Made by a program: the position numbers and the translations under genes
Part shown: in pieces, positions 12,711 to 26,221 of the stretch
Position numbering within the stretch: the first letter of the stretch is position 1
How the letters are laid out: every line of letters begins with the position of its first letter
From: Phoronis australis
Lineage: Eukaryota; Animalia; Phoronida
DNA: 64,000 nt
NCBI GenBank assembly: GCA_002633005.1
Contig: NMRA01000113.1
Location: forward strand, 196,797-260,796
Reading direction: 5' to 3'
The notes under the pieces: generated by a model
What the model saw: the letters and a program-made list of their open reading frames with translations, nothing else
Told to the model about the DNA's origin: nothing
Database searches by the model: none

Positions 12711-14249
12711 ACAAGAGCAACGCAGAGCGCTGAAATGCGCCCACAATTGCACCGCATACGGTATCCTTCTAGGGTTGTTTATTGGTACCATAAAGTGGCC
12801 AGTAGAGGGCATATATGTAGTATGTTGTACTTAGCAAAATGGAAAGGCATGGTCATTGTCTCCTCAATAGGCTAGGGGCAAAATGTGAGTAATCTTCATA
12901 ATACAAGCACATCCTATACACCAGTTGCTTAAAGCACCACAGAAACATAGAATTAAAAACAAATTTACCAACATACGAGATTAGCACAGCATTAGAATGC
13001 CAGAAACAAATTTCTACTTGGAACTTTTCCTTCACAGTCACGAAGTAACACAAAGTATACACCTGAAGACCTATGAAAATACAGAGGTCAATGTAAAATA
13101 CTAAAATTGCCACTAGAGGCAAATACTAAAATTGCCACTAGAGGCATACCGGTAATCAGAATCATCCTAAAGTCGTTATCGTCCGTTGTCAACATCACAT
13201 TAATACACTTGCTAAATTTAGTAAAGATCCTGCAAACGGTTTGGGAGATACAGCCATGGGCGCAAAAAAAACAAAACTGCCACTAGGAGGCGCCACAGTA
13301 GTCCAAATCGTCTGAAAATCATTTGTCAGCTGTCTTCCTTATAGTAAGCACATACACGGCAATTTTCACAATCATCCTTTGAGCGGTTTGGTTGATAGAG
13401 GGGTGGACGCAAAAATACAGACTCAAAAACAGTAAAAATGGCCACTATGTGGCGCAAACTATGTCGAATCCATCTGAAAACGGGAGGATAGCGTCATCTC
13501 ACTAATAGGTGCCTACATACCAAATTTCATGAAAATACGTTCAGGACTTGTGAAGATACAAAGGTAAGCGTAAAAAAATTAAAATTGCCACTAGGGGGCA
13601 CACCGGTAGTCGGATCCGTCCAAAAGTCGTTATCTTCCGTTGTTAACATCATATAAATATACTTACATAATTTCGTAAAGATCCTGCAAACGGTTTAGGA
13701 GATACAGCCATAGGCGCAAAAAAAACAAAACTGCTACTAGGAGGCGCCACAGTAGTCGAAATTGTCGGAAAATCATCGTCAACCAACCTCTACATAGTAA
13801 GCATATACATGCCAATTTTCACAATCATCCTTTCAGCGGTTTGGTTGATAGAGGGGTGGATGCACAAAAGCAGACTCGAAAACACTAAAAATGGCCACTA
13901 GGTGGCGCAAACTATGTCGAATTCATCTGAAAACGGCAGGATAGCGTCATCTCACTAATAGGTGCCTACATACCAAATTTCATGAAAATCCGTTCAGGAC
14001 TTTTGAAGATACAAAGGTAAGCGTAAAAAACTAAAATTGCCACTAGGGGACCCCCCTTTTAGTCGGATCCGTCCGAAAGTTTGCACATGCCGTCCCATTT
14101 ATGAATGGAACGTATGTGCCAAATTTCATGAACGTATGTCAAAGGGTTTTGGAGATAGAGCAGCGGACGCCGGACGCCGCCCGGACGGACGGACGGACAG
14201 ACAGAGATGACGGCATAATGCGTCCACATATAAATATGTGGGCGCATGA
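12711..14249 (+). mobile_element. Helentron-associated/Pearl-like non-autonomous element (HINE) with internal tandem array
   Basis: 5' end ACAAGAGCAACGCAGAGCGCTGAAATGCGCCCACA. Internal monomers of about 146-162 bp. GACG/GACA microsatellite at 14163-14204. 3' hairpin ATGCGTCCACATAT-A-AATATGTGGGCGCAT (14218-14247), whose right arm is complementary to the 5' subterminal motif. This is the DINE-1/Pearl architecture. Confidence 0.75.
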
Positions 14250-16130
14250 TTAGGTAACTGGAGAACCGTGGCCATTTTGATGTTTGTCAGGCCGCTTTGC
14301 TTCTGCTTCTTTGGACGCCAACAATGCTGTGATCCTTAACTTGTGGTAGTTACACTAGCCAACACTTCCAAGGGAAAGACTATAGTTCAAGTGAATATGC
14401 CCTCATCCACTTACTACCTATACAAGTGAATCTGCTTTTAATCATCATTTCTGCTGAGAAATATTGAATTTTTTGTCAAGATCGAGATCAGGTTCAAATC
14501 AACAGCGTAATGAACGTTCTGTTCAATTTAAATACAACCAGTTAGAGTCAGACAAGACTGATCATCAACCTACAGTCAAGTACATTATCTTAACATGTCA
14601 TCATCATTATAAAAGATCAAAATGTTGCATGTGGTACGTATCAATTACCTATTTTTACGAATACCATAAGAAGGGCAAAATACCAGCCAAAGGTACAATT
14701 TCACTAAAAAATAAAATGCAGTTGAATTCTATGAGAAGAATCAGAGCACCATCTAGACATGGGGCTGATTACAGATCGGTGACTCGGCCTAACTGTACCA
14801 GGAGTTACTTCATCCTGCCATGGGGGGTTTGACTTCATGAAAAACCCTTTCAGCCATGACTTGTTTTAAACAAACTTTATAAAGTCCTCCTCATCCCCTA
14901 GAGGCTACTGGTATCCAGACTCACGAGATCAGTCGTCATGTTGCTAATTAAAAGTCTCCCATTAATTAGATAACTGCATGGTGATAAACCTAGAAATTCT
15001 TCAGGTAGCGATCTTTTACCTGAACATTACTGCATTTCTCATATCAAGTTTTTTGCTAGAAAAATAGAATCAGCTGACTGAAAGAAGGAAGGAAGCTGGA
15101 GACCTTACTCATGTACGCTATCAAAATGACTGTCACAGAAATGACTGGTCGACCATGTTGTCATGCTGAATTATGAGAGGAATAATTGGTTTCTGCTGCA
15201 TAACCAAAGACTTCTCACTACATAGTGTCTTGTGAATGTCTTGTGCTGCCCTCATATAGAATTTAACAAGAGCACCATGGGATGTTGATATGCACCCAAT
15301 ATTGTGCAATGTAAAGAGGCAAAGGTTGTTAATTTTTTCAAATATTTCCTTGGTAACTATATCCATCAGTTGTCCTCTCCTCATAAGTAAACACAAACAC
15401 GCGTCAAATTTCAATCGAAGAACTTCGTAGACATCAAAGCAAATGAAAAGACAACATGCCACAGTAGTCAGGTCTGTTCAAAAATCTATACGAACAGTGC
15501 TTTTCTCCATAGGAACACATTTGCCTATATTCAAGAAAATCCATTAAAACTTGGAAGGTGATGATGCAGAGGTAAAGAAAATCTCGACTGCCACAAGGGG
15601 CACCACAGAAGCAGTTCATACTGCTTTCTTTTGTGACAATTCTTCAATTTGGCATACAAGGAGGCAAATGCCAAACATGAATATAACAAAAATTATCACT
15701 ATGGAAAAAAGAATATGTTAAATCTGTCTGAAGGGATATGCCTACTTACTTTCATAAGCAGAATTCCACACAGGAGATATCACTTCTGATTACACAATGA
15801 ATGATTGCAAACCTAGAGGAACATTTCAAAAGTACATCTATCACATTTTGTACACCTATATATATATATATATATATATATACGAGCCTGATGAATAACA
15901 ACCTGTTTGCAGTCCACAAGTCATTTTCTCATCTAATATACAACGCAAACACCTTGTTATCCATTATTTTTTGGAAGTGTAGACCTCATTCTAGAAATCC
16001 CAAAGGAACAGCCTATCACAGGAGGACAACTCCGGACATTTCTTAATCATGTTTTTTTCCTATTGCATAGGTTAAAAATACCTTTCATTTCACTAATTAG
16101 GAATCGTATTGCATGTCATAAAATATCACT

Positions 16131-17646
16131 TCAAGAGCAACGCAGAGCGTTGATATGCGCTCACTGTGTACATCCAATCACATATAGGCAGATACAGGAG
16201 ATGATGATCCCTATTTATAGCATTCCCATAAATTGAATAACGTAGAAAATATATCTGAAACTAAATAAGGCGATCCAGATCCTCCCAAGGATACTATTGT
16301 TTCGTGAAATGAAGAATATAAATCGGTAAACAAAACAACAAGAATGGATCAACTGAAATTTGATTTCACTAAGTACCCCTCACAGACTTACACCCCAGTA
16401 CCCCTCACAGACTTACACCCCAGTACCCCTCACAGACTTAAAAGAGAACAATATTGGATAGACAAACTGAATACAATAGAACCTCATGGATTGAACATAA
16501 AAACTTAAAATATGTCATTGAATTTTTTACGCAAAAATGTATCATTTTCATTACACCATATCTTATCTGTCAATTGTCATTTTGTGTTTGATTTTATTTT
16601 ATTTCTGTTTTTGTTGATAAAGGAAGTTGTTACCTCCGAAAATTTCAAATTTCAGTTGATCCATTCTTGTTGTTTTATTTACCGATTTATATTCTTCATA
16701 AATTGAAGCAATGCTACTAAATTTAATAACAGTATGCAAACAATCAAGGAATACTCTCTTCAATTGGAACACACCTGCCAACTTTCATCATGATTCTTCA
16801 CGAAGTTTGGAGGATAGGGAGGCAGATGAAACAGGACATCAAAACAACAAAAAGGCCAATAGTGGGTGCAACAGAAGTCAAATCCACCTGCAACAGGACC
16901 ACTGCTATTGCCTTCGCAATAGTAACATATTTACCCAATTTCATAAACATCTATAAATGAATTTGGAATTTGGAAGGCATCAAGTCAGATGTAAAGGAAA
17001 CGAAAATTGCCACTAGGTGACTTCGCACGAGATGGATTTGTCCTAAAATCCAAGCCAGTAAATGTACTCTTCTCAATAGAAACAAATGTGCCAAATTTTA
17101 TGAAGGTTCACATCTGCACGTAAGCAGGAAGTCCCAGTTTTGAACCCCAGTTGCACCAGACATCTTTTCAAACTTAAAAGGTCACGTGATGTGACCAACA
17201 GATGGCGTGTATGAAGACTAATAATTCTTATTAGTATGATATCAACAAGTTGATTTATAACAACGAAATTCTATACATCTTGATAGAGAGGCAGACACCA
17301 AAATAGTAAAAACAGCCAATAAGTGGTACAGAATATGTCAAATCCATCCAAACAACAAGAACACACTGTCATCTCCTTATTAGATTGCTAAACATCATGA
17401 AAATCCATCAAGGAACTCCAAAGATAGAGAGGCTAATGTAAAAAATAAAATTGCCACTAAGGGGGCACACCGGCAGTAGAAGAGATCCATTTGAAAATTT
17501 ACTTGGGTCGTCCCCATCCATAATAGGAACACGTCTGCAAAATTTCCCCAGCATGTATTAGGGGTTATTGGACAAACGACAGCGGATGTCCGGTGGGCGG
17601 ATGGGGATAATGGCCCAATGCACCAACATATAAATATGTGTGCATA
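16131..17646 (+). mobile_element. Diverged copy of the same HINE family
   Basis: 5' end TCAAGAGCAACGCAGAGCGTTGATATGCGCTCAC; TGCCACTA monomers; 3' GGATG/GGCG tract and hairpin ATGCACCAACATATAAATATGTGTGCAT. Confidence 0.65.
16372..16440. repeat. 25-bp tandem repeat (AGTACCCCTCACAGACTTACACCCC), about 2.8 copies
   Basis: Directly visible. Confidence 0.9.
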
Positions 17647-18044
17647 AAAACAGCATTTGGTAAAATAAAATCCGCCGTTTGCATTTTTGTATTGTTTTCT
17701 ACTTTTAAGTTCTTCAAACATGCAGAGGTGTCCACAACATAACCAACCAAAAGATCTTGATTAAATTCAACCTCACATCTGACATGTTATTTCAATATTA
17801 ATTCAATTAATAAGAATTTTGAAGGTTCAAAAGCATCAAAAATCTATATACGGCATTAAATTCTCAGAAACTCCCTAGAAATAGGTGTTTTTCATACTTA
17901 TAACAATAATAGCAGCCGGTCTGGTACATGTTGTAACAGACATGCGCTGGCTGATCTGGTGAGCACTGATCTAATAGAACCAATTTATGCTTTATTAATA
18001 TATACGATAATTACAACCGAGCTGAAAAACTAGAGACCTGACTC

Positions 18045-18142
18045 AAGGGTGCAGCAGCGTGCCCCAGTGAGACTCGAACCACGAACTTGAGCAAACGAAG
18101 TGCACACTTATCCGGTATGCAATGAGGCCACACAGCCTTCTC
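18045..18142 (-). mobile_element. tRNA-derived SINE or pseudo-tRNA head
   Basis: On the minus strand, GGCTGTGTGGCCTCA (A-box-like) precedes GGTTCGAGTCTCACTGGGGCAC (B box and T-arm). No convincing cloverleaf. Confidence 0.5.
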
Positions 18143-18865
18143 ACCCCAAGAAAAGGACCAAAAATTACCAAATACTGTTACTAGGTGGACATGGACACCA
18201 AAAGAACTTATCAACTTTGTATCTGGAGCTTAAGTAAATAAAAGGCAACTTGACAAGAGATTTGAAAAGTCATGCACAAACAGATGTAATACTTGAACTG
18301 ATAAAAGACTGTGTAGGATTTACAGGATATTGTCAAAAGGCCATGCACATAGTAAAGTGACATCAAGTTTCTTCAAATGTTTTTTCAGTAACAATCAAAG
18401 AGTTATCTAATTTCAGCAAATCATCCAAAAACACCACAACTGTCATATATGTCCATAAAAGAGCACTTCCCAATTGTGCTCTTACGCATACAGTGCACAG
18501 CATTGAACAAAAAATGTGAAAAAACACTGATTTTCACACCTTTTGGAATAGTTTTTTGACTCTCCTGTTTAACGGGTGATCTGGGATTATGTGTGTGGGA
18601 GCGTCAGACATAGAGTAATCTATATTTTGTAAACCAATTCCGTATGCTTTGTACAATTTGAGCAAGTATAATATAATAGAATGTTAAAAACCCTAAAAAC
18701 CAAGTGATAAGGCAAGATTCGTAGAGACTTAGGTGAAGTTCTGTCACTTATGAGATGCAACAGGGTTCATACATGGCACTCAATTTCATTACTAAAAACT
18801 ATTACAATTAATATTGTTGACTCCAAAAGTTATAAACAAACAATAATTTGTCAAAAAATCACTTT

Positions 18866-19251
18866 ATTACTGAACTTTCAAAGGTTAGAGAAATGGACTT
18901 TCATGACTTGTTACAGCATGAGATGGAGATGCTTCTCTCACCAAAACAGAAAATCACTACGACAATGTGCATGTCAGGTCACGAGGGAAGTCACTGATTG
19001 CGATCTTCTAGCAAACAAAGCCCAAGTAAACTTAGATTTTGAGCGAACTTTTGTATGCNATTACTGAACTTTCAAAGGTTAGAGAAATGGACTTTCATGA
19101 CTTGTTACAGCACGAGATGGAGATGCTTCTCTCACCAAACAGAAAATCACTACGACAATGTGCATGTCAGGTCAGGAGGGAAGTCACTGATTGCGATCTT
19201 CTAGCAAACAAAGCCCAAGTAAACTTAGATTTTGAGCGAACTTTTGTATGC
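18866..19251. other. 193-bp duplication centred on N at 19059 (probable assembly artefact)
   Basis: 18866-19058 versus 19060-19251, a few differences. Confidence 0.85.
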
Positions 19252-19734
19252 AATATGAGTAAGATAATAGATGGATGTAACCTATAGTAAAATCTCACAA
19301 AATTAGGACATTCAAATACAAAAATAATTTCTTGGAATATTCATTTTTCAAAATTCCATTCTTGATACATTTATTAAAGTAGATGACATCCCGCAATGTT
19401 CAACTACGTAAGCCCGTTTTTCTTTGGTCAGCCATTCACAAACTTCAACTGACCAATCATGAAAGAGACAGTCCCATGCATGAAAATTACATTAAGCAAT
19501 TTGGTACGTAGGTCTAGTGGTCGGATCTTGCACACTTGACCATTCCTGAAATATACTGAACTTTTCTGCCTCGACCTTCAATGACTTAATCTTAAAGGTA
19601 TTTTTACTTTGAGCCATTTCTTTAAGAAAAATATATCTGTGTCAGTTAAAAACCCATATGTAGAAACTTTTCGGCTCTATAAGTATATATGAATGTGGGT
19701 AAATCTGTCACAGTTAAAAGCCCTGTTACATTTA

Positions 19735-22700
19735 CGGTAAAGTCGCGTGATTTTCGGACGGCCCGCCATTTTCGACCAAGAATAAATATTTCCGAAATGA
19801 GTTTTTCATAGTCCACGAAATTCGTACAAGGTCCAAAAACTGTTTTTCAAAGATCCTCGAATTTCGGACATTGTCATAAACATCGTAATTTTGTCCCGCG
19901 ACTTCGGACAAGGAAAATTTTAGAAACGGTAATTTGGGATCGACGCAACTCCTGTGTCACTAAAGCGTTCAACGGATGATTACTACTGTAAGAGGCTTGA
20001 GTCCGAGAATCAGTACAACGGGTTTGTAATTTTTACCTTGTCTTGACGATGTCACGACCGTTACTCGATTGTCTTGCGTTTAGCTTGTGTTTGGCACTTT
20101 AGCTATGAAAAGAATCACCGAGTTCCACATAACGAAAATTTCTGATGAAAATACAAATGGGAAATACACGGAAGGCTGCAACTTTTCGTTGTAGCGTAAC
20201 ATGTGCTCTGGTTTAAATAGGCCGTGCTGTTCGACTCCCGACTGTGACATTGAACATGCACGTCTGACATCAACTTGCGTGTTTACGAAACGTTTTTATT
20301 TTAAAACGTCCTGCCCTTTGCAAGTGCCAAACTATCGCCCGACAATAAGTTTTGCTGCCACTTACCTGCATCCCGGCGAATGATTGAAATCTTCGTGCAG
20401 CCGTTCTGGGCTTGCTTAATAATTTTGAATGGGACAGTTAGCAAGGAATGAGCCACCACTGACTAACATTCAGACGTGCTTCTGACAACGCAATTTTTGG
20501 GTTGAAACGAAAATTTTTCATTAAAAATCTGTTTGCAGTTCAAACGCCTTTCGTTTTTCATTGTCTTCTTGGTAGTGCTCATTCGTGTAATGTGTTAAGC
20601 AGTGTAAAGCCCAGCAGTCAGAACGGCGTGCTGGCGCAGTGCCGCACACGCAATTGCTACAGGGATACTGCATCCCTGCCTTATGTTGTGTAAGTGCCTG
20701 TACTATAACACATATCAAAAACTAATATACACCCACGTAACCACGCTTCACTACCCTTACAAATTCTCTATCTCTGATAAGCATCACAGATGAAAGAAGC
20801 TAGTGTGATCGTGTGCTTCGCTTGCAATACTTGACTATACATCTCGAAGTCTTCAGACTAGCGTGCTCGTGAGATTCTCACCCTTGCGGCCCTGGACGAA
20901 GACTAGGGTAGAGTTCAGTAGCTGTCTTGGGAATAGAAAAATCTAGCCAAAATCACGTTTTCAACTGAAAATACACAATATGTCACCTAATTTCATGAAT
21001 TCTTGCTTTTTAGTGAAGTCCTAGCGTTACGAGCTTTACCCCTATGTAGACCTAAAAAAGATTGAATATGCAGCGACCTAATTTTGCTTGCTCATCCACT
21101 GGTCTGTGTACTTGTGGTCTTGTTAATTCGCGCTTTGTACCGTCGGAGGTACAACACCCTGGACTCCATGGTGTCCCGAGATTAAGATGAATCCCGACAA
21201 CTGAGGACACCGGGACATGGGCGGCGCACCATAGGGGACTGGGGGGCTATAACCTCCCACTTTTTTCAGTGCTATGCCACGCATGGTCAATAGGCGATGC
21301 ACCACAGGGGTCTGAGGGGGCTTTAGCCCCCACTTTTTTCAGTGCTGCGCCACCCAAGCGGTACCCTGTGGCACTCGATCTCTGTCTGCGGCGACCGTAA
21401 GAAAATCCTCCAATCATTTCGAAAAATGATAAGTCAGTTGAATCAGATTTGATAGTCGTTGCTTCTTGCGGTCCTAGGGGTAGGCTAACAAGAATACAGG
21501 ACCTGCAGCCCGATGCAACGAGCCTGGGACCTTATAGGTGTTTCCGACCTGGAGTTCCATATCTACTTTCCACAGGGCCTGGTCTTCTTGTCCCTGTCAC
21601 CGCCTTCAGTTGATAGTTTTGAGACAAAAAAGAAACGTGATCTTAAACTACAGACCATGCTTTTTGTATTACTTAAGATAGTTTTAGAGGCATTTCAGCT
21701 GCAAGTGTATTTAATCAGTGTGTTTGATTCAAAGAGATGACTGTTACATTGCTAATTATTATTGTTCTATTTTTACCCAAGGTGATGCCTTACTTGCAGC
21801 AAGGGTAAATAATTTTGGGAAGTATTACCAGCGATTTCCGTATATAAGTTCGGGAAATCAAACATCTATGTAAAAATACACCAGGGCCTATACTCGGCAA
21901 TGTCGAATACACGAACACAGTATAAATACTGTATCTCACCCTTATTATATTCTAGTGGGAATAGCATTATTTTCAGATTTCAAGCATGCATTTTTATTCT
22001 CAGATATGCATCCAGGTATATTTTAGGGAAAAAATTTAAGATACGCAAATTGGGCATACCTGCTGGACTTACATACGGAAATCTACGGTAGATCTTCTTA
22101 AACCTGTAAACCATGAAAATTTCATTTAGACAGTTTTGTTCTACTAACATGTTCAACTAACATTCCGTTCATGCAAGTCGGTCAGTACGTTCGCGTTTAA
22201 GGCGTTATTGCAACAGGTTAGTGTTGTTTTGATTTTAGTTTGGTGTTTCCATATTTTATTTTGTTATGTATTCCCCTCTTCAGATAGTTACTGTTATTCT
22301 TCAACAATATTTCTGTACTTACAATGAGACTTCAGTAAACTCACAACTGATCATACTTTAAATTTTAGCATTCATTGTAAGTGTGTGACGTCCATCAGCA
22401 GATACCTGTAGGAAGAACTATTTTCCGTAACTGTAGGAAATATACGACGCAATAAAACGAAAACGGTCGACATAGATGGATTGTAATTGGTTAAGAATAC
22501 ATTAAGGAAGAAAATTAAGTATATAAATAGTTGACCGGTTCTTAAATTGTGTCCTTGGTGAGTTCACGCTGTCCCAATGTTTTCGTTTTTCTTTTCAGGT
22601 CGTCTCTAGTGGATTCTTCTAACAGTCGTGATCTGCCCAGTAGCCTATTGTATCAACGTGCGCAAGAACGGTCTTGGCAGGGGGGGGGTGCACCTAGCAG

Positions 22701-24373
22701 ACTCTCGTAGAATTAGTGGCTCAAAAGCAACATTGGTGTGCAGCAGGAGGCTGGTGGAAAATTAGTAGTGACTGAGGGAGACTGAGCTGCACGAAACTGG
22801 TGACGACCGTGGACGGCGTTAAACTGGTGACAACCGTGGACGGCGTTAAACTGGTGACAACCGTGGACGGCGTTAAACTGGTGACGACCGTGGACGGCGT
22901 TAAACTGGTGACGACCAGAAGAAACAGCCCTGTTGTCTTCCACGCAGATTATCAGAAAATGTTAACGATTATCAGTTTCATTTCATCCACAAACCAATTT
23001 CACAAGTCAGAGTTTTCACTGTAGTTAAAAACGTAAGCGAACCCAGATGTGTAATGTCATCTCAGTTGCATGTATCACTGTGTATCACTGAGTAACATCG
23101 GGCGTTTCAAAAGCTGTGGATGAGAAAGGTTTTAATTGTAAAAAACTGTTGGGTGAATTTGATGTGGGTAGCATTTGAAATTGCATTCCCTTTCTAGACA
23201 ACGCCCTTATATATATAATACGTTAGTTAATCGTGTCTTCAGCCGCGCAGCACTGTACTAGTAGACGCATTCCCATAGTTTGCAGTAGGCCTAAACATAT
23301 GTAGAACGACAGCGCTTCTTCAACAATTCAATGACTACCAGAACGACGAATGGGGATCACGAGTCGATGAGAAACTACTCATTTTACTATCGTGATTGTC
23401 TTTGTAATCTATTTTGGGTAATTGTTCATTCGAAGTTTTCATGTTGAAACTGAGCTTTCACATAATATGGAAATAAACATGTCAGAGTTAACTTGCGTTA
23501 CGGTTTGTAACCAGCAGACAATGCATGGATACGTTGAACAAACATAAATATGTACTATGCTCTGGTCATTGTTCATCACTTTCTTCATTGAAATCGTTCC
23601 CAACATGCATTACTGTTACGTTTAATGCAAAATTCGTTAAAATTGAGAAAGCGCATGTTTTGATGGTCGGAAACCCTCTTTGTGCGTCGAATACGCAAGT
23701 CCAGCTTTTTATTGGGAAACCATATTAAAAAAGCGCCTATCGAGGCGCTCTTTGTGGGTTGACAGCACAAACTCGACATTTTTTTTTGAGAAAACGCATT
23801 TCTACAAAAGAGAATCAGTTGCCTGGAACGTTTCATGTGCGTCAACAACGCAAACCAGATCCACTCATTGGAAAGCCCATATTTGTCACCAGGAAGACTC
23901 CTTTTTCACAACGCAGTCCGCCATTTCAAGTGAGATAGCACATTTTTGATAAGATTCCGTCACTTGCCGAGAACGGTTTTTGAGCATCGGTGAAGCAAGC
24001 CGAATATTTCATATTGAGAAAGGGCATCTTTGAAAAGAAGAACCAACACTTGTCGGGAAAGGTTTTTATGTGTTGACAACGCACATTTCTTATTGGGAAA
24101 GCCAGATTTTCAAAAATTAAATCACGCAGACCGTTTGAGTCTTATTGACCTGCAATTATGCTGCTATCAAATGACCGAGCCAGCAATGTTTGATACTACG
24201 ACCGCTCATCGAAATAATGTACACCCACGAAATTGGGACACTAGCCGAAACCCAAATTTGGAAGTCCGCCAAATTCGGACACCACAGAAATGATGTTTCG
24301 CGAGATTCGTCCCAGAATGAATTTTTTCTATTGGAATTAATTTTCAGTGTCCGAAAATCACGCGACTTTACCG
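19735..24373. mobile_element. 4.64-kb non-autonomous Tc1/mariner/pogo-superfamily element
   Basis: Perfect 25-bp TIRs CGGTAAAGTCGCGTGATTTTCGGAC (19735-19759) and its reverse complement (24349-24373), each flanked by TA. No transposase ORF inside. Confidence 0.9.
22794..22916. repeat. 27-bp minisatellite (AAACTGGTGAC(G/A)ACCGTGGACGGCGTT), about 4.5 copies
   Basis: Directly visible tandem array inside the TIR element. Confidence 0.95.
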
Positions 24374-25356
24374 TATGGCTGATATTTCAGTAGTTTTTGC
24401 TTGGTAAATCCAAAATGTGACTCAGCTTTCCCACAACAATACACCATAAAGGAAGCATCCAACTTTAAAGGTGAATCTACCAGTAATGTACTGAAAAACT
24501 TAGAAGTTTAAAATTAGAAAGGACTGAAAACCTGTGATGACAGATTTGACATATACATTAATGAGTCTGATGTTGAATAAACCCCTGCCTAACAACTGGC
24601 ATACCAAAGTGCTGTAGCAAAGACTGAATTAAAGCTGCACTATGCCAACATTTAGGTTCCAATGTTGAATTCTTAACCTAAGTTAACCGTACTCATCCAG
24701 TCTTAAAGGAGAATGCCACCTGATTTAATTAGTCTTTTTTACCGTCTTAATCGGTCTATATCCACATGAACTTTTAGACCGCATTTGTTCCCATCTTGAT
24801 AATGACATGAATCCCCTGGTCATCTTTCTAGATCTCTCTAAANGTGCCGACCAACATGTGTTGATTGTTTATACGATTCATCTGAACTCTCCACTCAGTT
24901 TGTAAAAGACACTCTAACTATATTACACAGACCTATTTGTTAGTATTCCAATATTATCATCAACCAATATATTTGCTAGATCAAATCGCCGCGTTACTGC
25001 CTACATAACAATATTGGCGACGAGGATAAAGAACTACTTTCATAGTAATGGTTCAACATTTTTACGTGGCTGTACCGAATGGACTTTGGGATAAGAAAAT
25101 ATCACTTTCTGCGCAAGTAGCGCCGCTTGGGTGAGATTCTCAAGTTACTAAAGTTTCTTATATCGCTTTCCTCTAAAATCGTATAATATCATGAGTTTTA
25201 ATTCAGGGTTACTTTTGAATCTATGCACTACAAAAATTTTTGTTATGTTGAACACTGGGTCATTTCTCTAATTCTTTGGGTTACGGCCAGTGGCAAGTTA
25301 AAAATCCTCTGGGTTTGAAAGCCTTGTTTCTCCACGGCACGTTCCCAGCACAGAAG

Positions 25357-25751
25357 CACGGTTTATCTGCGAAGACTCTACTCTGACGGCATGTAGTTGT
25401 CCATGTGTCGCGCGCGCGGCTTGTCTTCACAGCGCGTGCATGCACTCTCACCGAATCGTGCAACACCACCCACGTTGACACTCAACGTTCTCTCGCAAGA
25501 CAACTGACCTCATATTACCGACTTCTCTTATACATGCACAATTTCTGCACGGACACGGTTTATCTGCGAAGACTCTACTCTGACGGCATGTAGTTGTCCA
25601 TGTGTCGCGCGCGCGGCTTGTCTTCACAGCGCGTGCATGCACTCTCACCGAATCGTGCAACACCACCCACGTCGACACTCAGTGTCCTCTCGCAAGACAA
25701 CTGACCTCATATTACCGACTTCTCTGATACGTGCACAATTTCTGCACGGAC
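25357..25751. repeat. 197-bp tandem duplication (CpG-rich)
   Basis: Units start at 25357 and 25554; a few substitutions and no N at the junction. Confidence 0.95.
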
Positions 25752-26221
25752 TCCTCAAGCTGAGTGCAGTGATGGCTTCGGTAGGGCTTGGCGTACTCAA
25801 CTTAAATTTTTTTGCAGATAGACAAACAGGCTCAGGCTCGGAACAGGAGCTACTTCACCATTTCAGTAATAACTTTCACATGGTCAAAAATAGAATTGTT
25901 TTATTCTTGGTCTTGCTACAACACCACTATCAGCTGGTACATCACTTTCGGTTGCCCGGTTACGCAATGCTTGTTGACAGGGTTAGATTAGAGCTAGTGG
26001 CCTTGTATATAAGCTCCGCCCCAGTTGTCAATCACTGAGCTGGTGAGCACTCAAGCCATATGACTTACTGAGGCTTGGTCAAATATAGCTAAAAAAACAA
26101 CTTTGGATTTTCAGAATGATTTTATTTTTCTTCAGTATACTGTGCATCAAGAATTAAAGATTAGGATGATATGAAAATGTAAAAAAGTCAAAATTAATTT
26201 TTTTGTGTATCCACCTACCTT

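Noticed and set aside
15107-15786. Small candidate minus-strand exons (about 15108-15165 and 15750-15786) for the unknown gene
   Set aside because: Splice-like signals are present, but the phases do not join without a stop and there is no recognisable homology.
22794-22916. 27-bp, 30-bp (46971-47120) and 25-bp (16372-16440) arrays as possible CRISPR-like arrays or repeat proteins
   Set aside because: Units are head-to-tail with no unique spacers, there are no cas genes and the context is eukaryotic. The repetitive ORFs (TTVDGVKLV, MISLNGDWTG) are by-products of unit lengths divisible by 3.
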